This document shows, one piece after another, positions 1-10,108 of a stretch of 64,000 nt of DNA. A model generated the notes under the pieces. It saw only the letters and a list, made by a program, of their open reading frames with translations, was not told the DNA's origin and searched no databases. A program made the position numbers and the translations under genes. Every line of letters begins with the position of its first letter. The first letter of the stretch is position 1. Source of the DNA: Paracoccaceae bacterium (GTDB lineage Bacteria; Pseudomonadota; Alphaproteobacteria; Rhodobacterales; Rhodobacteraceae). The stretch spans positions 94,699 through 158,698 of the forward strand of contig JABBAP010000005.1 in assembly GCA_018607905.1 (NCBI GenBank), read 5' to 3'.

Positions 1-1
1 G

Positions 2-1213
2 ATCCGTTTGTCGGGTGAACAGGCGTTTGATATTGCGGCTAAATTATGCGGTGACGTGCCCAAAGATCGAGGTTTACGTTTTCTGCGCGCTGATGGCGTT
101 GTGCTGGATCAGGCGTTGGTTTTAACCTTCGTACAAGGCGCAAGCTTTACGGGTGAACAGGTCGTAGAATTTCAATGTCATGGCAGCCCCGCCGTTATTG
201 CATCTGTTTGCGAAGCCTTGTCAGTTGCCGGTGGGCGATTGGCTGATCCAGGGGAATTTACCCGCCGTGCGTTGGAAAATGAGCGACTGGATTTGAGCCA
301 AGTCGAAGGCTTGAGCGATCTGATAGAAGCGGAAACAGAGGCGCAAAGGAAACAAGCCTTTGCCTTGATGGACGGTGGGCTTACCCAAAAAGTGGAACGG
401 TGGCGCACAGATTTGATCCGTGCTGCTGCGCTGATTGAGGCAACAATCGACTTTGCCGATGAAGATGTTCCTGTAGATGTCTCACCAGAAGTGTCAGCTT
501 TAATCATCGGTGTTTCAGAAGACCTTAGCCAAGAAATTAGGGGTAGTTTCGTTGCAGAACGTGTTCGTGATGGGTTTGAGGTTGCGATTATTGGGCCGCC
601 GAATATCGGAAAATCTACGCTATTGAATGCATTGGCTGGGCGTCAGGCGGCAATTACCTCTGAAATTGCGGGCACAACGCGAGATGTTATCGAGGTTCGG
701 ATGGATTTGGAGGGTATTCCCGTTACGGTTTTAGATACGGCGGGTTTGCGCGAAACGGACGACACTATCGAAGCTCTTGGAATTGATCTGGCGCGAAAAC
801 GGGCAGAGGCAGCGGATATTCGCGTATTTCTGACAGTGGATGAGAATACAGGTGGTTTTGGTGTTTTCCCGCAAGATACTGATCTTATTCTAAAAGGTAA
901 GGCAGATGAAGGCGGTGGCGTTTCGGGTAAAACAGGTGCTGGGCTTGATCAGATGATTGGCCATATTACCCAAATACTTAGCACCCGTATTGCGCTGACA
1001 CAAAGCGCGGTTCGTTTACGGCACCGAACTGCGATGGAAGATGCGATGGGTTACATTACGGCTGCGGTTGCCCTAATGGATGATGAAGATGACGGCGCGC
1101 TTGTCGCGATGGAATTGAACACGGCATTGCACGCAATGAATTCCATTATTGGACGCGTTGGTGTAGAAGACCTTTTGGATGAGATTTTCGCCAGTTTCTG
1201 CTTGGGGAAATAG
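2..1213 (+). CDS. mnmE: tRNA modification GTPase MnmE (5' end cut by window edge)
   Basis: Frame is open from the window start. G1 'GPPNIGKSTLLNAL', G3 'DTAGLRE' and the C-terminal 'FCLGK' motif are present. Followed by mnmG-rsmG. Confidence 0.9.
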   Translation: MRLSGEQAFDIAAKLCGDVPKDRGLRFLRADGVVLDQALVLTFVQGASFTGEQVVEFQCHGSPAVIASVCEALSVAGGRLADPGEFTRRALENERLDLSQVEGLSDLIEAETEAQRKQAFALMDGGLTQKVERWRTDLIRAAALIEATIDFADEDVPVDVSPEVSALIIGVSEDLSQEIRGSFVAERVRDGFEVAIIGPPNIGKSTLLNALAGRQAAITSEIAGTTRDVIEVRMDLEGIPVTVLDTAGLRETDDTIEALGIDLARKRAEAADIRVFLTVDENTGGFGVFPQDTDLILKGKADEGGGVSGKTGAGLDQMIGHITQILSTRIALTQSAVRLRHRTAMEDAMGYITAAVALMDDEDDGALVAMELNTALHAMNSIIGRVGVEDLLDEIFASFCLGK

Positions 1214-1228
1214 GCGCGCAAACTAGGA

Positions 1229-3106
1229 ATGTTTCACGTGAAACACACAGATTTTGATGTAGTGGTAATTGGCGGAGGTCATGCAGGGGCAGAAGCGGCG
1301 CAGGCGGCATGGCGCATGGGTGCAAAAACAGCGCTTATTACGCACAGCTTTGATAAGATTGGCGAAATGTCGTGCAATCCAGCGATCGGTGGCCTTGGGA
1401 AGGGGCATTTGGTCCGCGAAATTGATGCCTTGGATGGTGTTATGGGGCGTGTTGCGGATCAGGCTGGCATCCAATTTCGGTTGCTTAATCGCCGTAAAGG
1501 CCCAGCGGTTCAAGGGCCTAGAACACAGGCAGATCGCGCGCTGTACCGAACCGGCATGCAGGCAGAATTTTCGAATCGCGATGGATTGATCGTGATTGAA
1601 TCGGAGGTCACTGATTTTCTGATGTCAGGGGACGCAGTTTGCGGTGTGATTCTTGCCGATCTTTCTGAGATTAAAGCACCATCCGTCATTTTGACGACGG
1701 GTACGTTTTTGCGCGGTGTGATCCATATTGGCGACGTTTCTAAACCTGGCGGACGGATGGGGGACAAGCCCTCTATTGCTCTTGCAGATCGAATTGACAG
1801 TTTTGACCTTCCTTTGGGAAGGTTAAAAACGGGAACGCCTCCGCGTTTGGATGGGCGGACGATCAATTGGGATGGGCTGGAGATGCAGGGCCCGGACGAT
1901 GATCCGAGCCTGTTTTCATTTCTGTCTACCAAAGCTGGTGCGCCACAAATTTCTTGCGGAATTACACATACCAACACACGGACACACGAGATTATTGAGA
2001 AAAACCTCGCAAAATCAGCGATGTATGGTGGGCATATTGACGGCGTTGGCCCGCGGTATTGCCCTTCGATTGAAGATAAAATTGTTCGTTTTGGAGAAAA
2101 GAACTCGCATCAGATATTTCTGGAGCCAGAAGGGTTGAACGACCCAACGATCTATCCAAATGGCATTTCTACATCGTTGCCAGTTGCTGTGCAGGAAGAA
2201 TATGTCACTTCGATTGTTGGTTTGGAAAATGTAAAGATCCTCCAACCAGGGTATGCGATTGAGTATGATTATATTGATCCTCGTGCGCTAGAAACTACGC
2301 TGCAATTGCGAAGTGTGCCGGGCCTGTATTTGGCAGGTCAGATAAATGGAACAACTGGTTATGAAGAAGCCGCGGCGCAAGGACTGGTTGCTGGGTTGAA
2401 TGCGGCGCGTTCGGTGGCAGGTGGTGAACCGATTTCGTTTAGCCGCGCCGAAAGCTACATCGGTGTGATGATTGATGACTTAACGACGCGTGGTGTGACG
2501 GAGCCGTATCGAATGTTTACGTCTCGTGCCGAGTATCGGTTGTCTCTGAGAGCGGATAATGCTGATCAGCGATTGACGCCTCGTGGTATTGAGATTGGAT
2601 GTGTTGGGATTGAGAGATTGCAAGTTTTTGGTAATAAAATGAATGCGTTACATACCGCCCGTGAAATATTGGGAGGCGTAAACGCAACGCCAAACGAAGC
2701 TGCAAAGGTGGGGATAAAGATCAATCAAAATGGAACGCGACGTTCTGGTTTGGAATTTTTGTCGTTTAAGGATGTTACTTTGGTAACGCTTTCTAAGCTG
2801 TGGCCAGATTTGCCGACATTTGACAGCGCAATTGGGCAGCAGGTTCAGAACGATGCGATGTATGCGAATTATATCCAAAGGCAAAACGCGGACATCAAGG
2901 CCTTGAAAAGAGATGAAAACCTAAAGATCCCGCGTGGATTTGAATTCGTTGGATTGCCGGGATTGTCGAATGAACTTCAGAAGAAATTGTCGGCTACTAT
3001 GCCTGAAACATTAGGTCAGGCATCACGCATAGACGGGATGACGCCTGCTGCCCTAACGCTTCTTTTGGGCCGAGTTAAGCAATTTAACGCAGCGAAATCG
3101 GCATGA
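1229..3106 (+). CDS. mnmG: tRNA uridine 5-carboxymethylaminomethyl modification enzyme MnmG (GidA)
   Basis: 625-aa ORF with N-terminal FAD fold '[14 protein letters not shown]'. Classic mnmE-mnmG-rsmG order. Confidence 0.95.
   Translation: MFHVKHTDFDVVVIGGGHAGAEAAQAAWRMGAKTALITHSFDKIGEMSCNPAIGGLGKGHLVREIDALDGVMGRVADQAGIQFRLLNRRKGPAVQGPRTQADRALYRTGMQAEFSNRDGLIVIESEVTDFLMSGDAVCGVILADLSEIKAPSVILTTGTFLRGVIHIGDVSKPGGRMGDKPSIALADRIDSFDLPLGRLKTGTPPRLDGRTINWDGLEMQGPDDDPSLFSFLSTKAGAPQISCGITHTNTRTHEIIEKNLAKSAMYGGHIDGVGPRYCPSIEDKIVRFGEKNSHQIFLEPEGLNDPTIYPNGISTSLPVAVQEEYVTSIVGLENVKILQPGYAIEYDYIDPRALETTLQLRSVPGLYLAGQINGTTGYEEAAAQGLVAGLNAARSVAGGEPISFSRAESYIGVMIDDLTTRGVTEPYRMFTSRAEYRLSLRADNADQRLTPRGIEIGCVGIERLQVFGNKMNALHTAREILGGVNATPNEAAKVGIKINQNGTRRSGLEFLSFKDVTLVTLSKLWPDLPTFDSAIGQQVQNDAMYANYIQRQNADIKALKRDENLKIPRGFEFVGLPGLSNELQKKLSATMPETLGQASRIDGMTPAALTLLLGRVKQFNAAKSA
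1230..1245. promoter_or_regulatory. parS: parS centromere site (TGTTTCACGTGAAACA), overlapping the mnmG start codon
   Basis: Perfect 16-bp palindrome matching the canonical chromosomal parS consensus. One of three identical copies just upstream of parAB. Confidence 0.85.
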
Positions 3107-3729
3107 TTGATTCCAAAGCGGATTTGAAAACTGTCAGTGATCACTTCAATGTTTCACGTGAAACATTTGAAAAGCTACAGGTTTATCAAGAATTGCTCAC
3201 TAAATGGAACCGTTCCATCAATCTTGTTAGCAAAACAACTTTGGATACCGCGCCTGTCCGTCATTTTGCCGATAGTTTGCAACTTTGGTCTTTGCGGTCC
3301 GATTTTGAAAATTGGGTCGATATCGGCTCGGGCGCTGGTTTCCCTGGTATGGTTTTGGCAATTCTATCAAATGGGCATGGCAATTTTCATTTTGTTGAGA
3401 GCGACGCGAGAAAGTGCGCCTTCTTGAGAAATGTTTCACGTGAAACAAATACACCGACAACTGTTCATACAAAGCGAATTGAGGATATCGAATGCTTGCA
3501 TGCAGATATTGTTTCTGCCCGGGCGCTTGCGTCGGTGGATCAGCTGTTCACATATTCCGAAAATTTGCTACGGCCTGACGCGATTTGTCTTTATTTGAAA
3601 GGTCAGAATTGCGACAGTGAGTTGAAAGAGGCGAGTCGGTTTTGGACATTCAAGGCCGAAAAATTCGCCAGCGAAACCGATGAAAACGCAACAGTTTTAC
3701 GGATCAAGGATATTGCACGTGTCGGATGA
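3103..3729 (+). CDS. rsmG: 16S rRNA (guanine527-N7)-methyltransferase RsmG (GidB)
   Basis: 208 aa with SAM-binding motif '[10 protein letters not shown]'. ATGA overlap with the mnmG stop. Confidence 0.9.
   Translation: MIDSKADLKTVSDHFNVSRETFEKLQVYQELLTKWNRSINLVSKTTLDTAPVRHFADSLQLWSLRSDFENWVDIGSGAGFPGMVLAILSNGHGNFHFVESDARKCAFLRNVSRETNTPTTVHTKRIEDIECLHADIVSARALASVDQLFTYSENLLRPDAICLYLKGQNCDSELKEASRFWTFKAEKFASETDENATVLRIKDIARVG
3150..3165. promoter_or_regulatory. parS: parS centromere site inside rsmG
   Basis: Perfect TGTTTCACGTGAAACA, translated as NVSRET in RsmG. Confidence 0.85.
3432..3447. promoter_or_regulatory. parS: parS centromere site inside rsmG
   Basis: Perfect TGTTTCACGTGAAACA, a second NVSRET in RsmG. 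Confidence 0.85.
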
Positions 3730-4540
3730 AAGCGATGATTTGAAGCCTGTAAAAGTGCTTTCTGTAGCCAATCAAAAGGGTGGCGTCGGTAAAACGACCA
3801 CTGCAATTAACCTTGGTACGGCATTGGCTGCCGTAGGTAAGCGTGTTTTGCTGATGGATTTGGACCCTCAGGGCAACGCATCTACCGGGCTTGGTATTGA
3901 TCCATCGAAACGTACGGTGACGATGTACGATGTGCTGGTTGATAAAACAGATCTAAAAAGTGCGATTATGCGCACGGCGGTGCCCAATCTGTTTATCGCC
4001 ACGTCTTCTGTTGATCTAAGTTCAGCTGATGTGGAGTTGGTCGATGATCAGAAACGGGTTTTGCGTTTGCGTGCTGCGTTGAAGGATTTGCAGAGCTTTG
4101 AGGACGAATTTGACTATGTTCTAATAGACTGCCCACCGTCTTTGAACCTGTTGACGTTGAATGCCTTGGCTGCGAGCCAATCGGTTATTGTGCCGTTGCA
4201 AGCAGAGTTTTTTGCGTTGGAGGGCTTATCACAGCTGATGCTGACGATCCGTGAGGTTCGCCAAAGCCTCAATCCAGTTTTGAAGATCGAGGGGATTGTT
4301 TTGACGATGTTTGATAGTCGGAACAACCTTTCTCAACAGGTGGAACAAGATGTTCGAGAAAACTTGGGTGATTTGGTGTATAAAACAATTGTGCCGCGCA
4401 ATGTTCGCCTTTCTGAAGCACCGTCTTTTGGCATGCCTGCGATATTATATGACCACAAAAGTCGGGGTAGCATTGCCTATCAAAAACTTGCTGCTGAGTT
4501 CCTGCGACGGGAAAATCGTAAGGTTGCAAAAGTAGGGTAA
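3719..4540 (+). CDS. parA: chromosome partitioning ATPase ParA (start uncertain: GTG 3719 after AAGGA, or ATG 3680)
   Basis: Deviant Walker A 'NQKGGVGKTTT'. Followed by parB. Confidence 0.9.
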   Translation: MSDESDDLKPVKVLSVANQKGGVGKTTTAINLGTALAAVGKRVLLMDLDPQGNASTGLGIDPSKRTVTMYDVLVDKTDLKSAIMRTAVPNLFIATSSVDLSSADVELVDDQKRVLRLRAALKDLQSFEDEFDYVLIDCPPSLNLLTLNALAASQSVIVPLQAEFFALEGLSQLMLTIREVRQSLNPVLKIEGIVLTMFDSRNNLSQQVEQDVRENLGDLVYKTIVPRNVRLSEAPSFGMPAILYDHKSRGSIAYQKLAAEFLRRENRKVAKVG

Positions 4541-4560
4541 CGAATTGGAAAGATTGTAAA

Positions 4561-5466
4561 ATGGCTAAAAAGAACGAAAAACGTGGTTTGGGCCGTGGGT
4601 TGTCTGCACTGATGGCGGATATTAACGAGCCGGCGACCAATGCGGATGCACCGACGCAACCGCGCAGCAGTGAGCGGTTGGTTCCAATTACGCAAGTTCA
4701 TGCAAATCCAGATCAGCCGCGTCGTTCATTTGATCATGTTGAGTTGCGAGATTTGGCGAAATCTATCCGAACAAAAGGCATTATTCAGCCTTTGATTGTG
4801 CGGCCAGATCCCAACAACAAGGGTGATTTTCAGATCGTCGCTGGCGAGCGACGTTGGCGTGCAGCCCAAACGGCGCGTTTGGATGTTGTTCCTGTTGTTT
4901 TGCGCGATCTGAACGATGTTGAGGTCCTTGAAATTGGCATCATAGAGAATATTCAACGTGCTGATCTGAATCCTGTGGATGAAGCGAACGGTTACCATCA
5001 ATTGATGGAGAAGTTTGGCCATACACAGGAAAAACTATCCGAAGCATTGGGGAAAAGCCGAAGCTATTTGGCGAATTCGATGCGTTTATTGAACCTGCCA
5101 AGTGCGGTTCAGGACATGATGATCGATGGGCGTTTAACCGCAGGGCACGCGCGGGCGTTGGTTCCAGCGGATAATGCGCTGACTTTGGCCAAGCAAGTTG
5201 TTGAGAAAGGCCTGTCAGTTCGCCAGACCGAGGCATTGGTTAAGCGCGGGGACGTGCCACCAAAGAAATCAGCGCGAAAAACGGAAAAAGACAGTGATAC
5301 TGTGTCCTTAGAGACCGATCTTTCAGCGAATTTGGGAATGAAAGTCAATATTGCTCATAAAGATGGATCGGAAACGGGTGTGGTTTCAATCAGCTACAAG
5401 TCGTTTGATGAGTTGGATGCGTTGTGTCAGTTGTTGTCTGCTACGCGTGCGGCCGGGTCCAAATAA
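4561..5466 (+). CDS. parB: chromosome partitioning protein ParB
   Basis: 'RGLGRGLSAL' N-terminus and ParB box 'GERRWRAA'. 301 aa. Confidence 0.95.
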   Translation: MAKKNEKRGLGRGLSALMADINEPATNADAPTQPRSSERLVPITQVHANPDQPRRSFDHVELRDLAKSIRTKGIIQPLIVRPDPNNKGDFQIVAGERRWRAAQTARLDVVPVVLRDLNDVEVLEIGIIENIQRADLNPVDEANGYHQLMEKFGHTQEKLSEALGKSRSYLANSMRLLNLPSAVQDMMIDGRLTAGHARALVPADNALTLAKQVVEKGLSVRQTEALVKRGDVPPKKSARKTEKDSDTVSLETDLSANLGMKVNIAHKDGSETGVVSISYKSFDELDALCQLLSATRAAGSK

Positions 5467-5794
5467 ATAACGCGACACAGCAAAGGGTGATTGCCTGAAG
5501 TACAAGAGCGTAGGCTGGTAACCCGAGCAAAAGAGAAATAAGAAAACTGGCGCAGATGCAAACGGAGGCGGCGATTTTGGCTGGTTTGCGGATTGCGCCG
5601 TTTCTGTTCCAATCGGCAATTGGTGGCCCTAAACGCGGATGATTTATCAGCCAGTTGTGCGCGCGATCGGATGATCTTGCAAAGCAGAATGCTGCGAGCA
5701 GGAGGAGTGGAACGGTTGGAAGCCCCGGGAGAGGTATGCCGAGGATGCCAAGACCGAGGCTTAATACTCCGCAAATGAACCAGAAAACCCGCAT
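5441..5794 (-). CDS. ybaN: DUF454/YbaN-family inner membrane protein
   Basis: 117-aa hydrophobic protein beginning 'GILGIPLPGLPTVPLLLLAAFCFARSS'. Its 3' end overlaps the parB 3' end by 26 nt. Confidence 0.7.
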   Translation of the reverse strand: MRVFWFICGVLSLGLGILGIPLPGLPTVPLLLLAAFCFARSSDRAHNWLINHPRLGPPIADWNRNGAIRKPAKIAASVCICASFLISLLLGLPAYALVLQAITLCCVALFIWTRPHA

Positions 5795-6963
5795 TAAGGT
5801 GAATCCTGTGCGAGGAGCTTGCCGAGCAGGGCATTTAGAACCATTTTCCCACGAGATGTAGCAGTTAGGGTGTTGTTTTGAAGTGACAAAAACCCATCGC
5901 TGATCAGGTCATCCATCGCTGATTGAGTGATGCGGTGGTTTGAAATCTCATTGACACGGGTCAGGTTAGTGCCTTCTGACAGGCGCAACGACATCATCAC
6001 ATATTCTGCGGCTTGATCAGATGGTGCAATCTTTTCTGCATTACGTGTTGCGGAGCCGTTCTTTTGTACGGTTGCAAGCCAATCTTCTGGCAGGAGCGGC
6101 GTGTCTGTTGCGATGCGTTGGCCGTCAATCGTTAGGCGACCATGTGCGCCTGGGCCGATCCCTGCGTAATCGCCGTACTGCCAATAGATGCGATTGTGCT
6201 GACACTCTGCGCCTTTTCGCGCGTGATTTGAGATTTCATAGGCGTTCAGGCCTTTTGCATCGCAGATTTCTTGGGTCACATCGTACATATCTGCGGAAAC
6301 GTCATCTGTTGGCAGGCCGCGCAGGCGGTTTCGGGCGTAAAGATCGCCAAAACGCGTGCCTTGTTCGATTGTCAGTTGGTACAGTGACAGGTGATCAACC
6401 GCCATATCAAGAGCTTCGGTAAGTTCTGAGCGCCAATCGGTAAGAGATTGGTTTTGGCGTGCGTAGATCAGATCGAAGCTGACATTTATAAATGTTTTAC
6501 GTGCAATATCAAAGGCTTGCCTTGCTTCTTCTACGGTATGCATTCGACCGAGCGCTTTTAGATCAGTGTTGTTTAGGGCTTGGATGCCCATAGAAATGCG
6601 GTTTACGCCTGCATCGGCAAAGCCTTTGAAACGTGTGGCTTCTACGGAAGTGGGGTTAGCCTCTAACGTGATCTCGGCAGTCGCGGAAAGAGTCCAATTT
6701 GATGCGATTGCTTGTAAAATAGTGTCTACAGTTTCGGGCAGCATGAGGCTTGGTGTGCCGCCGCCGAAGAAAATAGTGTCTACGGTGCGGTTTAGGGTGC
6801 GTGATGCTGTGACTTGGATTTCAGAGACAAGCGCATCGGCCCATGCTTTTTGATCAACGGCGTTTCGAACGTGTGAATTGAAATCGCAGTAGGGGCATTT
6901 GGCGGCGCAGAATGGCCAGTGAACGTAAACGCCAAACCCTGCGTTTTCCCAATCATCCGCCAT
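5794..6963 (-). CDS. hemW: radical SAM haem chaperone HemW (coproporphyrinogen III oxidase-like)
   Basis: CxxxCxxC 'CAAKCPYCDF' near the N-terminus. 389 aa. Conserved hemW-rdgB-rph neighbourhood. Confidence 0.85.
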   Translation of the reverse strand: MADDWENAGFGVYVHWPFCAAKCPYCDFNSHVRNAVDQKAWADALVSEIQVTASRTLNRTVDTIFFGGGTPSLMLPETVDTILQAIASNWTLSATAEITLEANPTSVEATRFKGFADAGVNRISMGIQALNNTDLKALGRMHTVEEARQAFDIARKTFINVSFDLIYARQNQSLTDWRSELTEALDMAVDHLSLYQLTIEQGTRFGDLYARNRLRGLPTDDVSADMYDVTQEICDAKGLNAYEISNHARKGAECQHNRIYWQYGDYAGIGPGAHGRLTIDGQRIATDTPLLPEDWLATVQKNGSATRNAEKIAPSDQAAEYVMMSLRLSEGTNLTRVNEISNHRITQSAMDDLISDGFLSLQNNTLTATSRGKMVLNALLGKLLAQDSP

Positions 6964-7564
6964 CGAGGCAGGCTTTTAGCTTTTGGAAAGCGTCGGCGCG
7001 GTGGGACATGGCGTGTTTTTTAGCGGGGTCCATTTGGCCGAATGTTTCGGATTCACCTGCTGGGATGAACATTGGATCGAATCCAAAGCCGAGATCGCCG
7101 CGCATTGGCCATGAAACGCGCCCCTCGGCTTTGCCCTCGAATATTTCGTCGTGTCCGTCGGGCCACGCGAGGCACAGGGTTGCGCAAAACCGTGCGGTGC
7201 GGGGCTCTGGTGCGTTGCGCTCTTCTAGCAGGGTCCAAACCTTGGTCATGGCCATCGGGAAATCGCGGCCATTTGGGGTTTCTGCCCAATCAGCGGTGTA
7301 AACACCCGGTGCGCCGTCTAGCCCGTCGACCTGAATGCCGCTGTCGTCTGACAGGGCGGGCAGGCCAGATGATTTCGCGGCAAAGTGGGCCTTGATCCGC
7401 GCATTCCCGACAAACGTGCTTTCGGATTCTTCTGGTTCTTCCAAACCCAAATCACCTGCTGACACGACTTCGATCCCGTAGGGGACTAGCAATTCTGCGA
7501 TTTCACGCAATTTACCTGCGTTGTGGCTGGCGAGGACGATTTTGGGTTCGGTGAGTTTGCGCAT
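6953..7564 (-). CDS. rdgB: non-canonical purine NTP pyrophosphatase RdgB
   Basis: 203 aa, starting 'IVLASHNAGKLREI'. Lies between rph and hemW. Confidence 0.9.
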   Translation of the reverse strand: MRKLTEPKIVLASHNAGKLREIAELLVPYGIEVVSAGDLGLEEPEESESTFVGNARIKAHFAAKSSGLPALSDDSGIQVDGLDGAPGVYTADWAETPNGRDFPMAMTKVWTLLEERNAPEPRTARFCATLCLAWPDGHDEIFEGKAEGRVSWPMRGDLGFGFDPMFIPAGESETFGQMDPAKKHAMSHRADAFQKLKACLDGG

Positions 7565-7567
7565 GAT

Positions 7568-8281
7568 TTAGGATGTGGCTGCTTTTTGGGCGATAACCAG
7601 CTCTGCTACGCCTTTTTCAGCGAGATCCATGAGTTGGTTGAACTCTTCTCGGCTGAAGGTTGCGCCTTCGGCTGAGCCTTGGATTTCGATCAAGCCCTGT
7701 GCGCCTGTCATTACAAAGTTAGCGTCGGTGCCTGCTTCGCTGTCTTCGGCGTAATCCAGATCGAGCACAGTTTGGCCTGCGTAGATGCCGCAAGATACGG
7801 CCGCGACGTGATCTGTAAGCGGATCTTCTTTGATGTCGCCTGCTTTGAGCAGTTTGTTAACAGCAAGGCGAAGCGCGACCCAGCCCCCGGTGATGGAAGC
7901 GCAACGCGTGCCGCCGTCTGCTTGGATAACGTCGCAATCGATGGTGATTTGGCGTTCGCCAAGGGCAACGCGATCAACGCCAGCGCGCAAGGATCGCCCG
8001 ATGAGGCGTTGGATTTCTTGTGTGCGGCCTGATTGTTTGCCTGCCGTTGCTTCGCGGCGGTTCCGTGTTGTGGTTGCGCGGGGCAGCATGCCGTATTCGG
8101 CGGTGACCCAGCCAAGGCCAGAGCCTTTGATCCAAGGCGGAACGCGCCCTTCGAGGGATGCAGTGCACAGAACATGCGTGTCGCCCATTTTGATCAGGCA
8201 AGAGCCTTCGGCGTGTTTCGTCACGTTGGTTTCAATGCTAACGTCGCGCATTGTGTCGATGGTTCTGCCTGATGGGCGCAT
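7568..8281 (-). CDS. rph: ribonuclease PH
   Basis: 237 aa with 'MRPSGR...' N-terminus and RNase PH fold motifs. Confidence 0.95.
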   Translation of the reverse strand: MRPSGRTIDTMRDVSIETNVTKHAEGSCLIKMGDTHVLCTASLEGRVPPWIKGSGLGWVTAEYGMLPRATTTRNRREATAGKQSGRTQEIQRLIGRSLRAGVDRVALGERQITIDCDVIQADGGTRCASITGGWVALRLAVNKLLKAGDIKEDPLTDHVAAVSCGIYAGQTVLDLDYAEDSEAGTDANFVMTGAQGLIEIQGSAEGATFSREEFNQLMDLAEKGVAELVIAQKAATS

Positions 8282-8392
8282 GTGTTTGTTCCTTTTGCGT
8301 TTGAAAAGGGTGATATCTGTTTAGGGGTGTTGGCGCAAACCTAGATTGACGGGTCGCGCAAGAGTTCCTAACTATAACGTCGTTCGAAAGAA

Positions 8393-9475
8393 ATGGATTT
8401 TGCCGTGAGTGATCGTGGATCGACCAGCATTGAGACGTTGAACACGCGCAGCCGCGAAGTGTTTCGGCTGTTGGTTGAATCGTATCTGGACACGGGTGAT
8501 CCTGTGGGATCGCGGACGTTAACGCGCACCATGAATGAAAGCGTTTCAGCGGCGACAATTCGAAATGTGATGCAAGATCTGGAGCATTTGGGGTTGCTGG
8601 ACAGCCCGCATGTATCCGCTGGGCGTATTCCGACGCAATTTGGGTTGCGGATGTTTGTGGATGGGCTGCTGGAAGTTGGGGATATTTCCACGGACGAGCG
8701 GCGCACGATTGACGCGTCGATGCAGAGCAATTCGGATGATATTACCAGTGCGTTGGATCGGGCTGGATCGTTGCTTTCGGGGCTTACACAAAGCGCGAGC
8801 GTTGTTTTGGCGCCAAAAACCGAAGCGCCGATCAAACATATCGAATTTGTGTCTTTGTCGCCTGACAAGGCGTTGGTTGTGCTGGTGATGGCTGATGGGC
8901 AGGTCGAAAACCGTATTTTCACGCCGCCGTTGGGGCAAACGCCGTCTGCGATGCGCGAAGCTGCGAATTTTCTGAATGCGGTGATGGCTGGGCACACGGT
9001 CAGTGATTTGAAATCCGTTGTTGAAACAGAGATTGGGCGGCGGCGACAGGAGCTGGACGTGCTGGCGACAAAGCTGATTGAAGCTGGCGTCGCGGTGTGG
9101 GCTGATGAGGGTTTTGGAGGGCCAGAGCGGTTGATTGTGCGCGGGCGCTCCAATTTGATTGATGAATCAGTGAGTGAGGCGGACCTAGAGCGGGTGAAAT
9201 CGCTGTTTGATGACCTTGAACGTAAGCAAGATATCGCGCAGTTTTTGGATCTGACAGAGCAGGGCGACGGTGTGCGCATTTTTATTGGCTCTGAAAACAA
9301 ACTTTTTTCACTTTCGGGGTCGAGTCTTGTGGTTTCGCCCTATATGAACGCTGATCGAAAGGTCATTGGTGCGGTCGGTGTGATCGGGCCAACACGGCTG
9401 AATTATGGTAGGATTGTTCCTATCGTTGACTATACCGCGCAGCTGGTTAGCCGCATGATGTCGAACAGAAAATAG
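8393..9475 (+). CDS. hrcA: heat-inducible transcription repressor HrcA
   Basis: 360 aa with N-terminal 'LLVESYLDTGDPVGSRTL'. Directly followed by grpE. Confidence 0.9.
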   Translation: MDFAVSDRGSTSIETLNTRSREVFRLLVESYLDTGDPVGSRTLTRTMNESVSAATIRNVMQDLEHLGLLDSPHVSAGRIPTQFGLRMFVDGLLEVGDISTDERRTIDASMQSNSDDITSALDRAGSLLSGLTQSASVVLAPKTEAPIKHIEFVSLSPDKALVVLVMADGQVENRIFTPPLGQTPSAMREAANFLNAVMAGHTVSDLKSVVETEIGRRRQELDVLATKLIEAGVAVWADEGFGGPERLIVRGRSNLIDESVSEADLERVKSLFDDLERKQDIAQFLDLTEQGDGVRIFIGSENKLFSLSGSSLVVSPYMNADRKVIGAVGVIGPTRLNYGRIVPIVDYTAQLVSRMMSNRK

Positions 9476-10084
9476 ATGGCGAAGACTATGGGTAAAAAGA
9501 ACGAAGATTTGGATGTAAGCTTGGATCGCTTCTTGGATGAAGAGGTGTTCCCGTTGGATGATATCGACGAAGAAGAAGTCGAAGATGATGATCTGACGGA
9601 AGAGCCTGAAGAGGTTGATCCGATCACAGAATTGCAGGCCGAAGTTGTCGGGCTGAAAGATCGTTTGATGCGGGCGTTGGCAGAGCAGGAAAACCTGCGC
9701 AAACGTGCAGAGCGGGATCGCCGTGATGCGGAAACCTATGGCGGGCAAAAGCTGGCGCGTGATTTGTTGTCGGTGAATGACAACATGAAGCGGGCGTTGG
9801 AGACGATTACGGACGATCAACGTGAAGCAAACAAAGGTTTGATTGACGGGATCGAGCTGACGCAGCGTGAATTGCTAAGCGCCTTTGCGACGCATAAAAT
9901 TATTCCTGTTTCCCCTGCGATTGGCGATAAATTTGATCCCAACGTGCACCAAGCCATGTTCGAAGCGCCGTTTCCTGATGTGAAAGCGGGCCATATTTTG
10001 CAAGTGATGAACGAGGGCTTTATGATTGGCGATCGTTTGTTGCGCCCTGCGCAAGTAGGCGTGTCATCCGGTGGTGGAGCGTAA
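9476..10084 (+). CDS. grpE: nucleotide exchange factor GrpE
   Basis: Acidic N-terminus, then coiled coil 'LKDRLMRALAEQENLRKRAERD'. Starts right after the hrcA stop. Confidence 0.9.
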   Translation: MAKTMGKKNEDLDVSLDRFLDEEVFPLDDIDEEEVEDDDLTEEPEEVDPITELQAEVVGLKDRLMRALAEQENLRKRAERDRRDAETYGGQKLARDLLSVNDNMKRALETITDDQREANKGLIDGIELTQRELLSAFATHKIIPVSPAIGDKFDPNVHQAMFEAPFPDVKAGHILQVMNEGFMIGDRLLRPAQVGVSSGGGA

Positions 10085-10108
10085 AACGTGAAACAAGGTG
10101 TGCGATCA

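Noticed and set aside
1-5500. Looked for an oriC-like cluster of DnaA boxes (TTATCCACA/TGTGGATAA) around the mnmE-parB block and in the larger intergenic regions.
   Set aside because: There are only isolated one-mismatch hits (for example TGTGGATTA near 33045), with no clustering and no AT-rich unwinding element. The origin is not demonstrably in this window.
8282-8392. Looked for a CIRCE element (TTAGCACTC-N9-GAGTGCTAA) upstream of hrcA-grpE.
   Set aside because: No match on either strand. There is only a weak TTGACG...TAACTATAA promoter-like stretch, so I made no call.
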